From NCBI GenBank assembly GCA_965285935.1, contig OZ260665.1, positions 54,746,001 to 54,810,000 of the forward strand: a stretch of 64,000 nt of DNA. Direction: 5' to 3'. Made by a program: the position numbers and the translations under genes. Source of the stretch: Ophelia neglecta (Eukaryota). Below are positions 13,185 to 26,100 of this stretch, one piece after another. Every line of letters starts with the position of its first letter. Positions within the stretch are counted from its first letter, which is position 1. The notes under the pieces were generated by a model, which made no database searches, had not been told where the DNA came from, and was given only the letters and a program-made list of their open reading frames with translations.

Positions 13185-16100
13185 CTAACCACTGAAATGA
13201 CGGTAACCATCATCATAACCATGCCGCCCATCAGAGCCATAAGAATTAACTTGATAACCTCGAGGGGGATATTTCGGTTCATAGCTATGATAAGTATCTG
13301 AGCCGTAGCCTGAATGTTGCTCAGAGCCATAGGCATGATTTGAGTTAGGGCCATAACCAAAATGCGGGTCATGAACATCACTGACACCTTCCGTACAACA
13401 TGTGTCGTAGCGTGGACAGTACACAGTACCCGGAGCACATCTCAGTCTCCTCCACTCTCCATTGACACACCATTGGTAGAAATCTCTGTCGAAATCTGGC
13501 CTCCTGTGACCATCGATACATCGAAAGAAGGGTCGATTTGGTTTGAATGGACCAGGAGGCATTGGTGTCGGCATAGGTGTCGGCATTGGTGTTGGCATAG
13601 GAGTTGGCATAGGGGTCGGCATAGGGGTTGGCATTGGTGTCGGCATTGGAGTTGGCATTGGAGTCGGCATTGGCGTCGGCATTGGTGTTGGCATTGGAGT
13701 CGGCATTGGTGTTGGCATTGGAGTCGGCATTGGCGTCGGCATTGGTGTTGGCATTGGTGTTGGCATTGGAGTTGGCATTGGTGTCGGCATTGGTGTTGGC
13801 ATTGGAGTTGGCATTGGTGTCGGCATAGGAGTCGGCATTGGTGTTGGCATTGGTGTTGGCATAGGAGTCGGCATTGGTGTCGGCATAGGCGTCGGCATTG
13901 GTGTTGGCATTGGAGTCGGCATAGGTGTTGGCATTGGCGTTGGCATTGGGGTCGGCATTGGCGTCGGCATTGGTGTTGGCATAGGCGTTGGCATTGGAGT
14001 CGGCATTGGCGTCGGCATTGGTGTTGGCATAGGCGTTGGCATTGGAGTCGGCATTGGCGTTGGCATTGGAGTCGGCATTGGCGTCGGCATTGGTGTTGGC
14101 ATCGGAGTTGGCATTGGAGTCGGCATAGGTGGCATTAATGTGGGAAATGGAGGCATTGGCCCTGGCCTATGCTTAAAGTAATGCTTGTAATATGGAAGGT
14201 GAGGGTAAAAAGATCCGGGAATAATCGCTTTGCCTGGGAAGTAATTGAAGGGCGACAGTGGATGATGTCCTGTAAATGGTCCGGCGCCCGTATGTGTAGC
14301 TGTTCCGCCTCCGGCGCCGTTTGCCTGGTTCATCATGTTCATAATGTCCTGGACTGTCATAGAATCACCATTTGGAGTATTCACGACTGAAATGCCCCCA
14401 CTTCCTGGGTAGATGCTCCCAGCGCCCCAGCTTCCTACAGATTTAAATTTGTCATAACCATATCCAAAACCGTTCCCCAAGTAGGAGGGATATGGCATGG
14501 TGCCGGGAGCCGGTGTGGGTGACACGGTAGTGGTGGTTGTCGGCTGTGGCGTCACTGTAGTAGCAGGAGTCGGTGATGGCGTCGGAAGGGTTGTCGCCGG
14601 GGTTGGGGCCGGACCAGGACCCGGAGAGGGTGTTTGACCGTACCCATAACCAGGGTACCATCCTCCGAAACCTCCCGTATCAAATTTAGGGTGCAAAATC
14701 AAAGTTATCTCTTTTACAGCATCCACGGGATAAGGTGCTTGCCATCCTGCTGAGTTACCTGAAATAAAAGTTTGTTATAATAATCACATTAATATTAATG
14801 AAAAAGTTATTAACGCAATGTGTCCATATTCTTTGATGCAAATAAAGACCCGACCATTTACAAACATATAACAATGATTCACGAGAAAGGTGATGGTAGG
14901 TCTGTACGTATATCCGATCTGGCACCATCCCATTACACAGTGGTAAACGATGGAATACCGCTCCTTTTGTTTATTTAACACCCCTACACTAAACACATAC
15001 GCGTTGACAAGTTTATGAGTTTAGCTGCAGGGGGTAGAGCGATACAACTTTTATTGCTGTTAGATTTTGTATTCATGTCGCATTAGCCGAGGTTTTCCAT
15101 GATGACTCACCTAACAATCACTGGTAATTACACCAGAACGATTTGTTCAACACTTTGTACAATTAATTGTTTACATGCAATAAAAGTATGGGCGAGTAAT
15201 TATGATAACCTAGTACAAGTGATTTATTTTCTTTCTGATGTATCTGAATCATTCACAGGTCTACTGAATTTATTCAAACTATTGGTAATCCATGCTCGAC
15301 TTTCGATTTATCTGCTACTTTCTTAAGCCAGCCATTCAGGCAACATGTTTACCTAATGCAGCAGTTCGATAAATTAATTGACTACATATGTCTGACGTTT
15401 GGTTTAGATTCTAATGAAGATACATCGATGATTTTAGCTATAACATTTCATAAGAAATTATCTAAAGCAAAACGAAATGGAACATGCAACCGACTCAGCA
15501 ACTGAGCAATACAATTAAAGAAGTTTAGAGATTTAGGCGGACTGGACGCTACACTGTAAAAATGTTTATGCTAGTTGGCAATATCAAAATTGACGAGGTT
15601 TATAAATCCGCCAAATATAATAGTCAACAACATTATACTCTGTTACTTACGCTCTTCAACGTAAATATTCGCCAGTATTTATAACTCTGAAAATAAGTTA
15701 AGATTGTGGCCACCAACAACTCGCCAAAATAAATATTTTCACAAATAAACACCCAAGGAGATATAAACCGGTTGACATAGCTGTCCGAGAAAATAACAAA
15801 TTTCTTGTGTTGAAAAGGCATCTTTATGAAGCAGTCCTTAAACTTTCAAATGCACGATAGAGTGCTGGTATATTTACCCTGTTAAGTTAAAGTTAAAATC
15901 CTTGACAGACCCATTTTCGTCAATATCAAACGAGAAACCGACTTATCATTTGTTAGTCGCCGCCAACATCGAATTTCGCTTAATTGAAAGTTATAAACAC
16001 TTTTTGAAGGCATGGTTTGCTCAGTCCCGAAGATATTTTACCCAGCATTTTTAGAGTATAAGATTGCCGAACTGATACATGCTACTATTTTTTTAATCAT

Positions 16101-16306
16101 CAACTTGACCAGTTGCCAGCATAAAGTTTTGAGCAGTATTCAGTCGGTAAAGTATGATCTTTTGTATATAATCAGACATGTTCTGAAGGAAAGGTAAGGC
16201 TGCTTAAACATGGTGATAAAAAGCGCAACAATGAAAATGAAAACTCACTACTTGCGAAAAATCCAACCAATATAGAAATTCCTATTAACAGCGATGTAGT
16301 CCCCAT
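13185..16306 (-). CDS. G1: secreted Pro/Thr/Met-rich protein with (PTPM)47 and a ChtBD2-like module; join(16249-16306, 13185-14758), 543 aa (723 aa if the TAG is read through)
   Basis: Exon 1 encodes [19 protein letters not shown] (signal-peptide-like), then A|GTGAGT donor. The acceptor TTTCAG|GT at 14758 is phase 1 and in frame with the ORF. Cys module at 13395-13520. Confidence 0.85.
13395..13520 (-). other. G1 ChtBD2/CBM14-like module CIDG...[29 protein letters not shown]
   Basis: Has the aromatic-x-x-C-x9-C-x-x-G-x-x-aromatic and C-x12-C spacing typical of peritrophin-A domains. Confidence 0.75.
13561..14124 (-). repeat. Coding 12-bp repeat, (Pro-Thr-Pro-Met) x about 47
   Basis: Read from the ORF; the variation I see is confined to synonymous positions. 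Confidence 0.95.
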
Positions 16307-16383
16307 GTTGTAGCCACCGTGTAGTCACACCGATACTAGAGTGACGACCGGAAACGGAATGAGTAGCCATTGTAGCAGACGAC

Positions 16384-16390
16384 TTTATAT
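16384..16390 (-). promoter_or_regulatory. G1 TATA box (ATATAAA)
   Basis: About 78 nt upstream of the ATG; an equivalent element is present in all four paralogues. Confidence 0.6.
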
Positions 16391-19300
16391 GTTTGAAACA
16401 GAATGAAATTATCATTCATCACAGGTTGATCGAACATAACTCGGGCTAGGGTGCGTGTGCGGATGTCGTGTGTTGGCTGGCTTCAGCCAGGTAAATTATT
16501 CAATATTAATTACATTGTAAAAATTACTTGAATAATATCAAAACAAGTTCGTTTAGGCGTCGACATCAACAAACTCCTTTTTATTGCATTTTGTCTGTTT
16601 CCCATTTAACGACACAATTTAAGTTGTTGAGGGGTTGAGTAAACTGTTTATTGGATAATTAACAGAAGGCTAACAATTTAGTAAAACAATAGAGTTCTTC
16701 ATCATGATGTTTTGAATGACCAGCACAATGTTTTTATGCAATGATTTAGGGCCAACAAATACATGGAAAAGCAGATGATATCTGTCACAAATATCACTTT
16801 TAGCAGTTCAACTTAAATATTCGCAACGTACTTGGTAACATATTATGGAAACATTTATATTGATAATTAATTCTGCTCTTTCATCAAGGTGTTATGCCAT
16901 GATGTAACTACTTCCTATTGTGAGACACTACACCTTTAGCAATATTAATTAGCTGATTATACTGCAATGAATGCATTTTAATGTTCTAGTTATATAATAT
17001 AGACTTTAAGCAATGAAACGTTCATGGCCATTAGAACATTCCCTTGATTTGTTGATCCATTACTCATAGCATTGACGGATATGTCATTTATGCGCTAAAT
17101 ATTAATGAATTAAGTTATGTAGGATAGTCAAATAGGATTGGCCTATTTTCTTTTCACTTTCATACATTCATGCTATTCAATTTTTTATTTCTGTTCCCAT
17201 TTCTAAAGTGGGTTAGGTATGTGTCTTCAGATAATTTGACTAGGGAAGGCAAAGAATGAATTGAAATGAATATATATCGAATTGGAAAGAATGTGAAACA
17301 AGGTTTCATCCGAAGATACGCGGCCGAGGTGAAGAACATTTCCATCCCCGAGACGGATCCAGTCCCACAAAAAGTTGTTAATATCAGTGTGAGAAATGAG
17401 GCGATTAAGTTACTCATGGATATGCAACCATTTCCCCGGCAATGGTATAGGCTCAGTGCTCTGGTGAGATACATTTACTGTAGTATAGATATGCCATTGT
17501 ATATGTCTGGGAATTATGATAAAAAGTCGGCAAAGATACCTACATTTGACATAGTTCTACTACAGAAAGGCAAAAATTGATTATTAATGTTCTGATGATG
17601 CTATTATTTAAATTCAATGGCATACATTAACTAAATGCGACCGAAAACCGCTTAAAATAAGATATATGTACGAAGGACTGGAAGACTAAGGTGTTACAAA
17701 AATGCACGATGTAGGAGCCAAAGTAAAACGCGATCTCCATATTCGCTGTAGTTCTACCAAGAAAGTATAAAACTTACTGTTGCTACCCATAGGGCCAACA
17801 GTTTTTCATCGTATTAATAAATAAATGATACCCTCATCTGTGCCAGTTGCGTATAATTGTACTCGAACTATAAGTAGACGAAATGATGTATTAATGGTTT
17901 TATGATTTACCATTTAAGGATCTCTCTTTGTACCAACAGGTACATGTATCATAATTTATATAACTTACGCCACCCTTGAACACTTCTATATATATCATAA
18001 TTTCCAGAAAAATTGTAAAGCAAACAATAAGTTGGACGTTCAATATCATTAAATGTAACCTTATTTTCCGCTACAGTTATACATCCCTGCTATAGCATAA
18101 GGCGCTTTGGCAAACCCTTTAATTTGACAAAATAGGAAAATAAAACGCAGGTGGATTTCGTAGGTGGCTTTTTTCAGCACCAAAATTGCCTTAATGTACC
18201 TCAGGAATTTTTTAATGTTCAGATTCTGTTTTCATTTTGCCACTTTTTAATATTATTTCCCTGCCAACATCCCATTTTATCATGATCTGTCCAGGGCCCA
18301 TTGTCTTTACTTCGTCTTAACTAGTGACTTTGACATGCTGTCTTTTTCCGTTGTACAAGAATTCAACCAGTTTGTAAACAAAAAACTAAACAAGTACTAT
18401 AGTTTGTGTTCCGTCACTTAATTTAACCAACTGTTAAGACTACATAATTTTACATTACATACATCACTTCACGGTACACTGGTGAAAAACCAGGTGAACC
18501 CACCTGGGCGTATTTTAATTTAAAAATAAAGACTCTTGAATAATTTGAAGCAGTATAGACACCGGTAAACATACTTCTAAAGGTCTTTACAGCCTGTCGG
18601 CCTAATTGTAGGAATTTGTATTCGTCGTGGATTCCCCAGTGACTTCTATTCGCCACAAGAAATATACATAAATTTTGTCCACACTGCCTCTATACATTAC
18701 ATCGTTAACGTTATGCAACTCGTTACAACTGTATGGAGAAATGTTGACAAAAAAAGTCCTTCACTATGTGGTATGAAACTTTCAATTTTTAAACTCTACT
18801 ATGAGACTATTGTATATTTGCTAAATATGAATCAACATATTTGTTTGAAACGAAAACTACTCATTGGAGTCGGGTATCCATGAAAAGGTTCCTAATGGAA
18901 AAAGAGTCAAGGATACACCACGAGTACACCAATGTCGCCATCGAGCCACAGGAAGACAAAGGGTGCCCCGGTTGGATAATGGAGTGAAAGATATACCTTC
19001 TAATCAAACAAGGAAGTCACCGATTGTCTCTAGTGACAAGTTGGAAACAGAGATACACTAAGAGGCCTTCATTGGACCAATGCTCCCAAGGGCCTCTATA
19101 GTAACACAATTGAGTTAAGGAAACACAAGGAGGTTGCTAGTGGCACATTGGAGTCAAGGATATACCCTGATACACCAAGCTGAATGTTGTGTTCGATATA
19201 ATTTGATTGTTGTCTCTTCACAAACAAAGAAAAACATTCATGTTTAAAACTAGCCTACAAAAGGAGTAGAGACAAAGGGAGAAGTACGCCTACTGACGCA

Positions 19301-21821
19301 TATGCTTCATCAGTTATATGAATAAGTTATTTTACTACTTTTTACTCTTAAAATTAAATGAACAATTCATTTTATGTGCATGAGTGCAAAAAACTAATGG
19401 ATACTAGTAAAAGATTTATTTCAATAATATCATTCATAACAGAAAGTGCCTGAATTAACGCAGTAAGTGAGGCAAAGCACACATAACATTTGCCTCACAT
19501 TTGACAAACAGAGAAACGGCAGCATCAGTAAGTAAATTTGATCTTTTTGAAAAAGAAAGCCGTGAGATCTCTCATTTTAGATAATGTAAATATTCTAATA
19601 GCATTCTTTTGTAATTCAACTCATGAACTAGGTACAGTTCTAGAAGCTGAACCCCAAACCTAAACACAATATGAAGAATACGCAAAATAGCTATTTAAAG
19701 TAAGTAGTTATTGTTTGCTTAACATACATCTAACTTAACATATAATGCCACTACCTTTCGATATCATACCCTTTAGATACTGCCAGTGTTCAGCCCATGA
19801 GACTCTAATACGAGATAAATAACTGAAATGTTGTCGGAAACCATTGAAAATACATAGTAATTATGCGAAGCTTACAACAGCACAAAATGCCCACAGTGGC
19901 ACAAAAAAGACAAGACATCGTTAAAGGAAATTCACAGTGGCAGAAAGTGAGCTCTAGTTGTACACTCCGACTCTAGTCTACCCCAACGCGATAAATTATG
20001 TTTCCATAATCCATTTAAATATAGGTTTCAGAGAACAGTACATAAATCGCACCGAAAGGAACAACAAATAGATAGACATGCGTTATCATGATAGATAAAA
20101 ACAATTCCTTATATTTAAACTCAAGAAATAATGCAATGATGATGGTTGTAATGAACGTCTGAATGAGAAAATGCGAAATTCACAAGTAATACCAGTTTTT
20201 GCCATGTATACCAAGAGCCTATATACCTGTACCATGACTATTTTAACGGCATTTTCTATTTCACTGTGGCGTTACTTTTTTGTATCCAAATGTTGACTGC
20301 CTTTTTGTCTAAGGATTATAAATGTAGCAGCATATATTCACCTGGAGTTGAAGCCTCCTGGCCTGTTTAGGTGTACATTCAAGCTTCCCAAATGGGCCCG
20401 GCTATTCTTCTTGAGGTTAGGCCTCATTTTTTACTAATTTTTGCTTTCACGGATTCCAGGTCAAGCACAACCGACTTTGCATTATAATATGATACATGGT
20501 GCTTTCCACCTTTAAACCGTTTCAAAATTTCCTCAGTAAAACCGTTTATCATATCAATATCTTCTTTGATTTTATTTGTATATTACAACATTTCATAACC
20601 TTTGTAGAATGCATTTAGGATCCAATAAGTGCATTTAGTGATAAAATAATTTGTGTATAAAACTATGAAAATATCTATAAAAAGTAGTATGGTATTGGTC
20701 GGTACAGCTTTCAGCCTAATCAATTTTGGTAAATGAAATGTGAGAAACCTCAAGGCAATTTTACAACTATACGATGCATATAATTATACTAGGGACAAGC
20801 TAAATTTGCGTCAACTAATTAATTTAATACCATACTTATCACAGCTATACAGTGGTCAATGCGGCAATTGGTATTTATCATTATCGCCGATCAAAAATAC
20901 CAGCTGCAGCATTGACATTGTTCTGGCCCACATCAACACCGAAGGCCACATTGACCCCTACATAACAGCGCTTATATGTTTGGATTACACAATCTGTGTT
21001 TTGTGAAGCAATTTTTATTGTTTAAAGTTGCGGTAAAAACCAGAAATTCCAACTTGCATGTGAAACGTACCATGCAAGTGGTTCAGTGGTGATAATCAGA
21101 ACAGACTAAATAGTTTACTAGCTGTATTTAATTTGAAAGTTGAATTATTAAGTGCGGATGTATGTCAGCGGGCCTATACAGGTTACTGTATGGATCCAAT
21201 TGGTTAAGGTTATTACCTTAATTAGAAAGGAGCAGAAATAAATTTATAAATGAATTGATCATTAAAACATGTTTGTAGAAATCACACCCACGCTACTATG
21301 CTAATGACCACGATGTTACTTGGTTTAACCTGGTCTGACCTTAAAACTGTCTTGTGGCACCTGGTGGTTTGCAGAGCAGCCTGCAAGCCAGCATCGAAAT
21401 GTCAGAGACAACAACAACGTTCTTCTCTGCACACGCCTTGAATCATTTATACGTGTAGCTTTAAAATGTAATATTGATACAATTATGTGCTGGCTAAGAA
21501 TATTATTTGGAATAATGATTCCAGACTTTGGTTGGGATCTGAAAAGTTTCATCTATTTTTTATTGCACTGATTTTCACGTGATGCTCCACGTCAATTCGT
21601 TTTTTAAAGTATACTTGCAGGTAAGCGGGGCTCTAAAGTCGGTTTAATATTCTTTGCACATGGGTGAAGTAAAGCCATTTATAAATCATAATTGTGGTAG
21701 TCGCTGTCACATCTAAAGTGATCAACAGTATGGGATGTCAGAGGGCCAATAATTCGGTTACTTTATAGTTCAAATTTCAAATGTTAATATAAGTGTAACT
21801 ACAAAATAATGTTGTTAACCT

Positions 21822-21984
21822 CTCACGTCAGCAGACAGTGCCTGGGGTTATGCCTCGAAGGGCATTCACGTCTGCAGACAGTGCCCGGGGTTATGCCTCG
21901 AAGGGCACTCACGTCAGCAGACAGTGCCCGGGGTTATGCCTCGAAGGGCACTCACGTCAGCAGACAGTGCCCGGGGTTATGCCT
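21822..21984. repeat. 43-bp GC-rich minisatellite, about 3.8 copies
   Basis: CTCACGTCAGCAGACAGTGCCCGGGGTTATGCCTCGAAGGGCA units start at 21822, 21865, 21908 and 21951. Confidence 0.95.
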
Positions 21985-22937
21985 TTGAGGTTACGTGGTA
22001 TCAGGTAGGCTGGTTTGACCTAACTTTACCTGAAGGCATCGGCTAAGTATTAGATAAAAGCAAGGGACCCAAGACCTTATAAGGATCTACCGTCACCTTC
22101 AATTAAACAATTTATTATATTTAATTTGCGTTTATTATATAGGAAAGAAATGAATTTGTTTATTGGAATGTTCGGCTATATGATTTGATCTTAACCTAGT
22201 CCAGGTGGCTTATGGACTTCTCAGACAACACCTTATATATACATTAACCAAATTGGATTAAACTGTTAAAGTTTTCTTCCAAACGCATTCCCAAAAAAAT
22301 CCAAATCATTTGGGGTTATGGAGCTTCCTCTGGCATTTGTTTACGTGGCGCACTTTAAATAATATATATTGTGGCACTTTATGAATAGGAATTCACTTAT
22401 GGCAGAAACGCATCTTAAATATTTGAAGCTAAACTTGATCAACTCGAGGCAGCGTCCGCGCTAAGACGCTTCACCCTAGGTCAGAGACGACCAAACTATA
22501 CGCTGGTTGCTCCTCTTGACCTAGCCTATGTATTTCAGGGCCAGAATGAATGATATAAAATCAGTTATGACTAAAATGAAACATTAAATCAAAATGAATA
22601 ATTGGAACAGTTTTAAATGCACAGAAGAATGCAAAGTTATATGCAGGGATTAAACTGAATTAAAACAAAGTCAATAATATTTGTTCGCTGACAGAGCTTA
22701 GACTTACACTTTGATCTGAAATTTACCTATTTTCAATGCACTACCGGGGGGGGGGGGTAATTATTCAAGTGGTTCCTCTGTTAAGTTATTTATTTGCGGT
22801 CCTTTTATTGTATGAGCTTTTTTGTAAACGTAGGCCTTCCCTCGACTACATGTTCATGAAATGACTATAATTAACATGCATACTTAAAAGAAAGTCGATA
22901 AACCATTCACAGTTTTATCAGTTTATAACAAATGTAT

Positions 22938-22970
22938 TTTATTTACACATTCTGCAAACAATCGGACGGA
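22938..22970 (-). promoter_or_regulatory. G2 3' UTR: miR-184 7mer-m8 seed site (22964-22970) and AATAAA (22938-22943)
   Basis: The minus strand reads TCCGTCC, 20 nt, then AATAAA. Confidence 0.65.
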
Positions 22971-23172
22971 ACGTGTTCAATACTCAATATTAAGTTCATT
23001 TTTAATGGATTTTGACCATTTGAGTGTAAAAGGAGAATGTGTTCTCCAGATCGGTATACGCATTGCATTTATCACAGTCGTATTGAGGACAGGACGTATC
23101 ATATATACTTATATTAAATCTCTAGTTAAGCAGGTCAATGGACAGCTTCATCATTGGTAAAAAGAGACTTGA

Positions 23173-26100
23173 TTACTTATGTTGATTTAAAGAAATGGTT
23201 ATATCAAGATGCTTCTTGCGGGGGAAAGGTGAATAGCCGAGATGCCAAGGGTTCTTGTATTTGGAAGGTTTTAAGGCAGACGACATGCCATTCCCAGTGC
23301 TATCATCTTCTCCCATATTATCGCTTGTCATGCCATAGCCGTTGCCATTCCCATCTGTCACTGTCATACCGCTATTGGTCATTCCTTTTTCCCCGTCGTC
23401 TGTAGCAGATCCATACCCATATCCATTGGTTTGTCCATTTGTCATTCCGTTACCATTCATCATGCCCTGGTTATCCCCGTTGTCTGTAGCAGATCCATAC
23501 CCATATCCATTGGTTTGTCCATTTGTCATTCCGTTACCATTCATCATGCCCTGGTTATCCCCGTTGTCTGTAGCAGATCCATACCCATATCCATTGGTTT
23601 GTCCATTTGTCAATCCGTTACCATTCATCATTCCCTGGTTATCCCCGTTGTCTGAAGCAGGTCCATACCCATATCCATTGGTTTGTCCATTTGTCATTCC
23701 GTTACCATTCATCATGCCCTGGTTATCCCCGTTGTCTGTAGCAGATCCATACCCATATCCATTGGTTTGTCCATTTGTCATTCCGTTACCATTCATCATG
23801 CCCTGGTTATCCCCGTTGCCTGAAGCAGATCCATACCCATATCCATTGGTTTGCCCATTTGTCATTCCGTTACCATTCATCATGCCCTGGTTATCCCCGT
23901 TGTCCGTAGCAGGTCCATACCCATATCCATTGGTTTGTCCATTTGTCATTCCGTTACCATTCATCATGCCCTGGTTATCCCCGTTGTTTGTAGCAGATCC
24001 ATACCCATATCCACTGGGTTGTCCATTTGTTTTCTGTTGGCTGTTTTCGTTACCATAGCCCTTGACCATACCCTGTGTCTTTCCAGTGCCCATTATCCCT
24101 CCGTTTCCTTGCTGCCCCTCACCTTCAAAGCAGCAAGTGTCGTATTTTGCACAGTAAATGGTGCCCGGGGCGCAACGTAACCTTCTCCATTGTCCAACCA
24201 CACACCACTGGTAGTACTTCTTGTTAGGGTCGGCCCGCCTCGTATTTTCTCTACAGACCTGTTTGGCACTGTGAGGCGGCAGAGAGGGCAATTCGTTTGG
24301 ATTCGTACTGGGAGCTGGGGTTGGAGCTGGGGTTGGCGCTGTAATAGGTGCTGCCGTGGGTGAAGGTGTCGTGGCGTCCGTTGGATAGGCGTTTTGTTTA
24401 GGGTTGGCATCAGGAGTCGGGGAAGGATAGGGAGTTGCATGAGGAGCAGGCGCCTGAGCATCAGTTGCGGAGGGCATTTCGGCTTGTGCAGGAGCAGATT
24501 TCGGAAGATAAGGTGCTGGATATGAGGCTGGGGTCGGTGCACTACTCCCGGTAGTAGTTTCCATTGAAGATCCACCGTTGGTTCCATCGGAGTTGGATCC
24601 AACCGTCGACCATGACGCATCCATTTTGCCAAAGTACATATGAGGAACGAAGGCGCCGGGTAGTAAAGCATGAACAGGCATATATGGTATCCCGCCCATG
24701 GATTGAGCCATGTTCATGGCTCCGGCGCCGTCCATTGATTTCATGCTATATCCTGCTGTTTGCATCATGTTGCCTTTGTCTGTTTGCGCTTTTTCCCCCG
24801 CGCCATCGCCATTTGATTCAGAGGGGCTTTGACCCTTCATATTGACCGACCCTGCCGATCGATCTCCGTACCCGTATGAACTGTATCCATTGCCAACATG
24901 TCCGGCATTGCCATTTCCTTTATTACCATTGTCTCCATCTCCATTACCGTTGCCGTATCCGGATTCAGGCGCCGGGATCCCAGTAGAAGGTGCTGAATTA
25001 GAAGCTGGAGCTATAGCCGGGTAGTCCTTTCCTTGCATCATACCACTTCCTCCATTAGACATCCCATTGCTATTGCCGTACCCAGAATGAGGAGCCTGGG
25101 TACCAGTGGATGGAACGGGAGCCTGGCCGGGGTAGACCATGCCATTCATATTCATACCATTCATCATACCATTCATTTGGTTTGTGCTTGAGGCAGATGG
25201 CCCTTGACCCATCATATTGACCGATCCTACCGGTCGAACTTCGTATCCATATGAACTGTATCCATTGGCAACATGTCCGGCATTGCCATTTTCTCCATTA
25301 CCGTTGCCGTAACCGGATTCTTGCGCCGGGATCCCAGTAGTAGGTGCTGGAGTAGGAGCTGAAGCTATAGTCGGGTAGGCCTTTCCTTGCATCATACCAC
25401 TTCCGCCATTAGTCATTCCATTGCTATTGCCGTACCCAGATTGGGGAGCCTGGGTACCAGTGGATGGGAGGGGGGCATGGCCGGGGTAGACCATGCCATT
25501 CATATTCATGCCATTCATCATACCTTTCATTTGGTTTGTGTTTGAGGCAGAGGGGCTTTTACCCATCATTTGTGAGGAATCTGTAGGTTGAACTCCGTAT
25601 CCGTATGATCCGTATCCATATCCAACGGGCCCTTGGTTTGTATTGTCTCCGGCGTTGCCATTTTCTTCCATACCGTCTTGACCATTTCCATTACCGTTGC
25701 CGTATCCGGATTCAGGCGCCGGGATCCCAGTAGAAGGTGCTGGAGTAGGAGCTGGAGCTATAGTCGGGTAGTCCTTTCCTTGCATCATACCACTTCCGCC
25801 ATTAGTCATTCCATTGCTATTGCCGTACCCAGATTGAGGAGCCTGGGCTCCAGTGGATGGGACGGGAGCATGGCCGGGGTAGACCATGCCATTCATATTC
25901 ATACCATTCATCATACCATTCATTTGGTTTGTGCTTGAGGCTGAAGTGCTTTTACCCATCATTTGTGAGGAATCTGTAGGTTGAACTCCGTATCCGTATG
26001 ATCCGTATCCATATCCAACGGGCCCTTGGTTTGTATTGTCTCCGGCGTTGCCATTTTCTTCCATACCGTCTTGACCATTACCGTGTCCGTATCCGGATTC

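Noticed and set aside
13185-13187. Selenocysteine or pyrrolysine recoding of the G1 stop
   Set aside because: The codon is UAG rather than UGA, no SECIS is evident, and pyrrolysine is not known in animals.
13362-14181. Plus-strand ORFs (GIGV)n, (RHWC)n and (ALALES)n
   Set aside because: Antisense shadows of the PTPM repeat. The minus frame has the signal exon, splice sites and the Cys domain.
18862-19170. Degenerate CATTGGAGTCAAGGATATACC-like repeats and a 65-aa ORF
   Set aside because: Highly decayed tandem repeat with no coding or splice support; not a fifth paralogue.
21822-21984. CRISPR-like appearance of this and the other short repeats (978-1620, 37537-37907, 49279-49624)
   Set aside because: Head-to-tail units without unique spacers, eukaryotic context and no cas genes.
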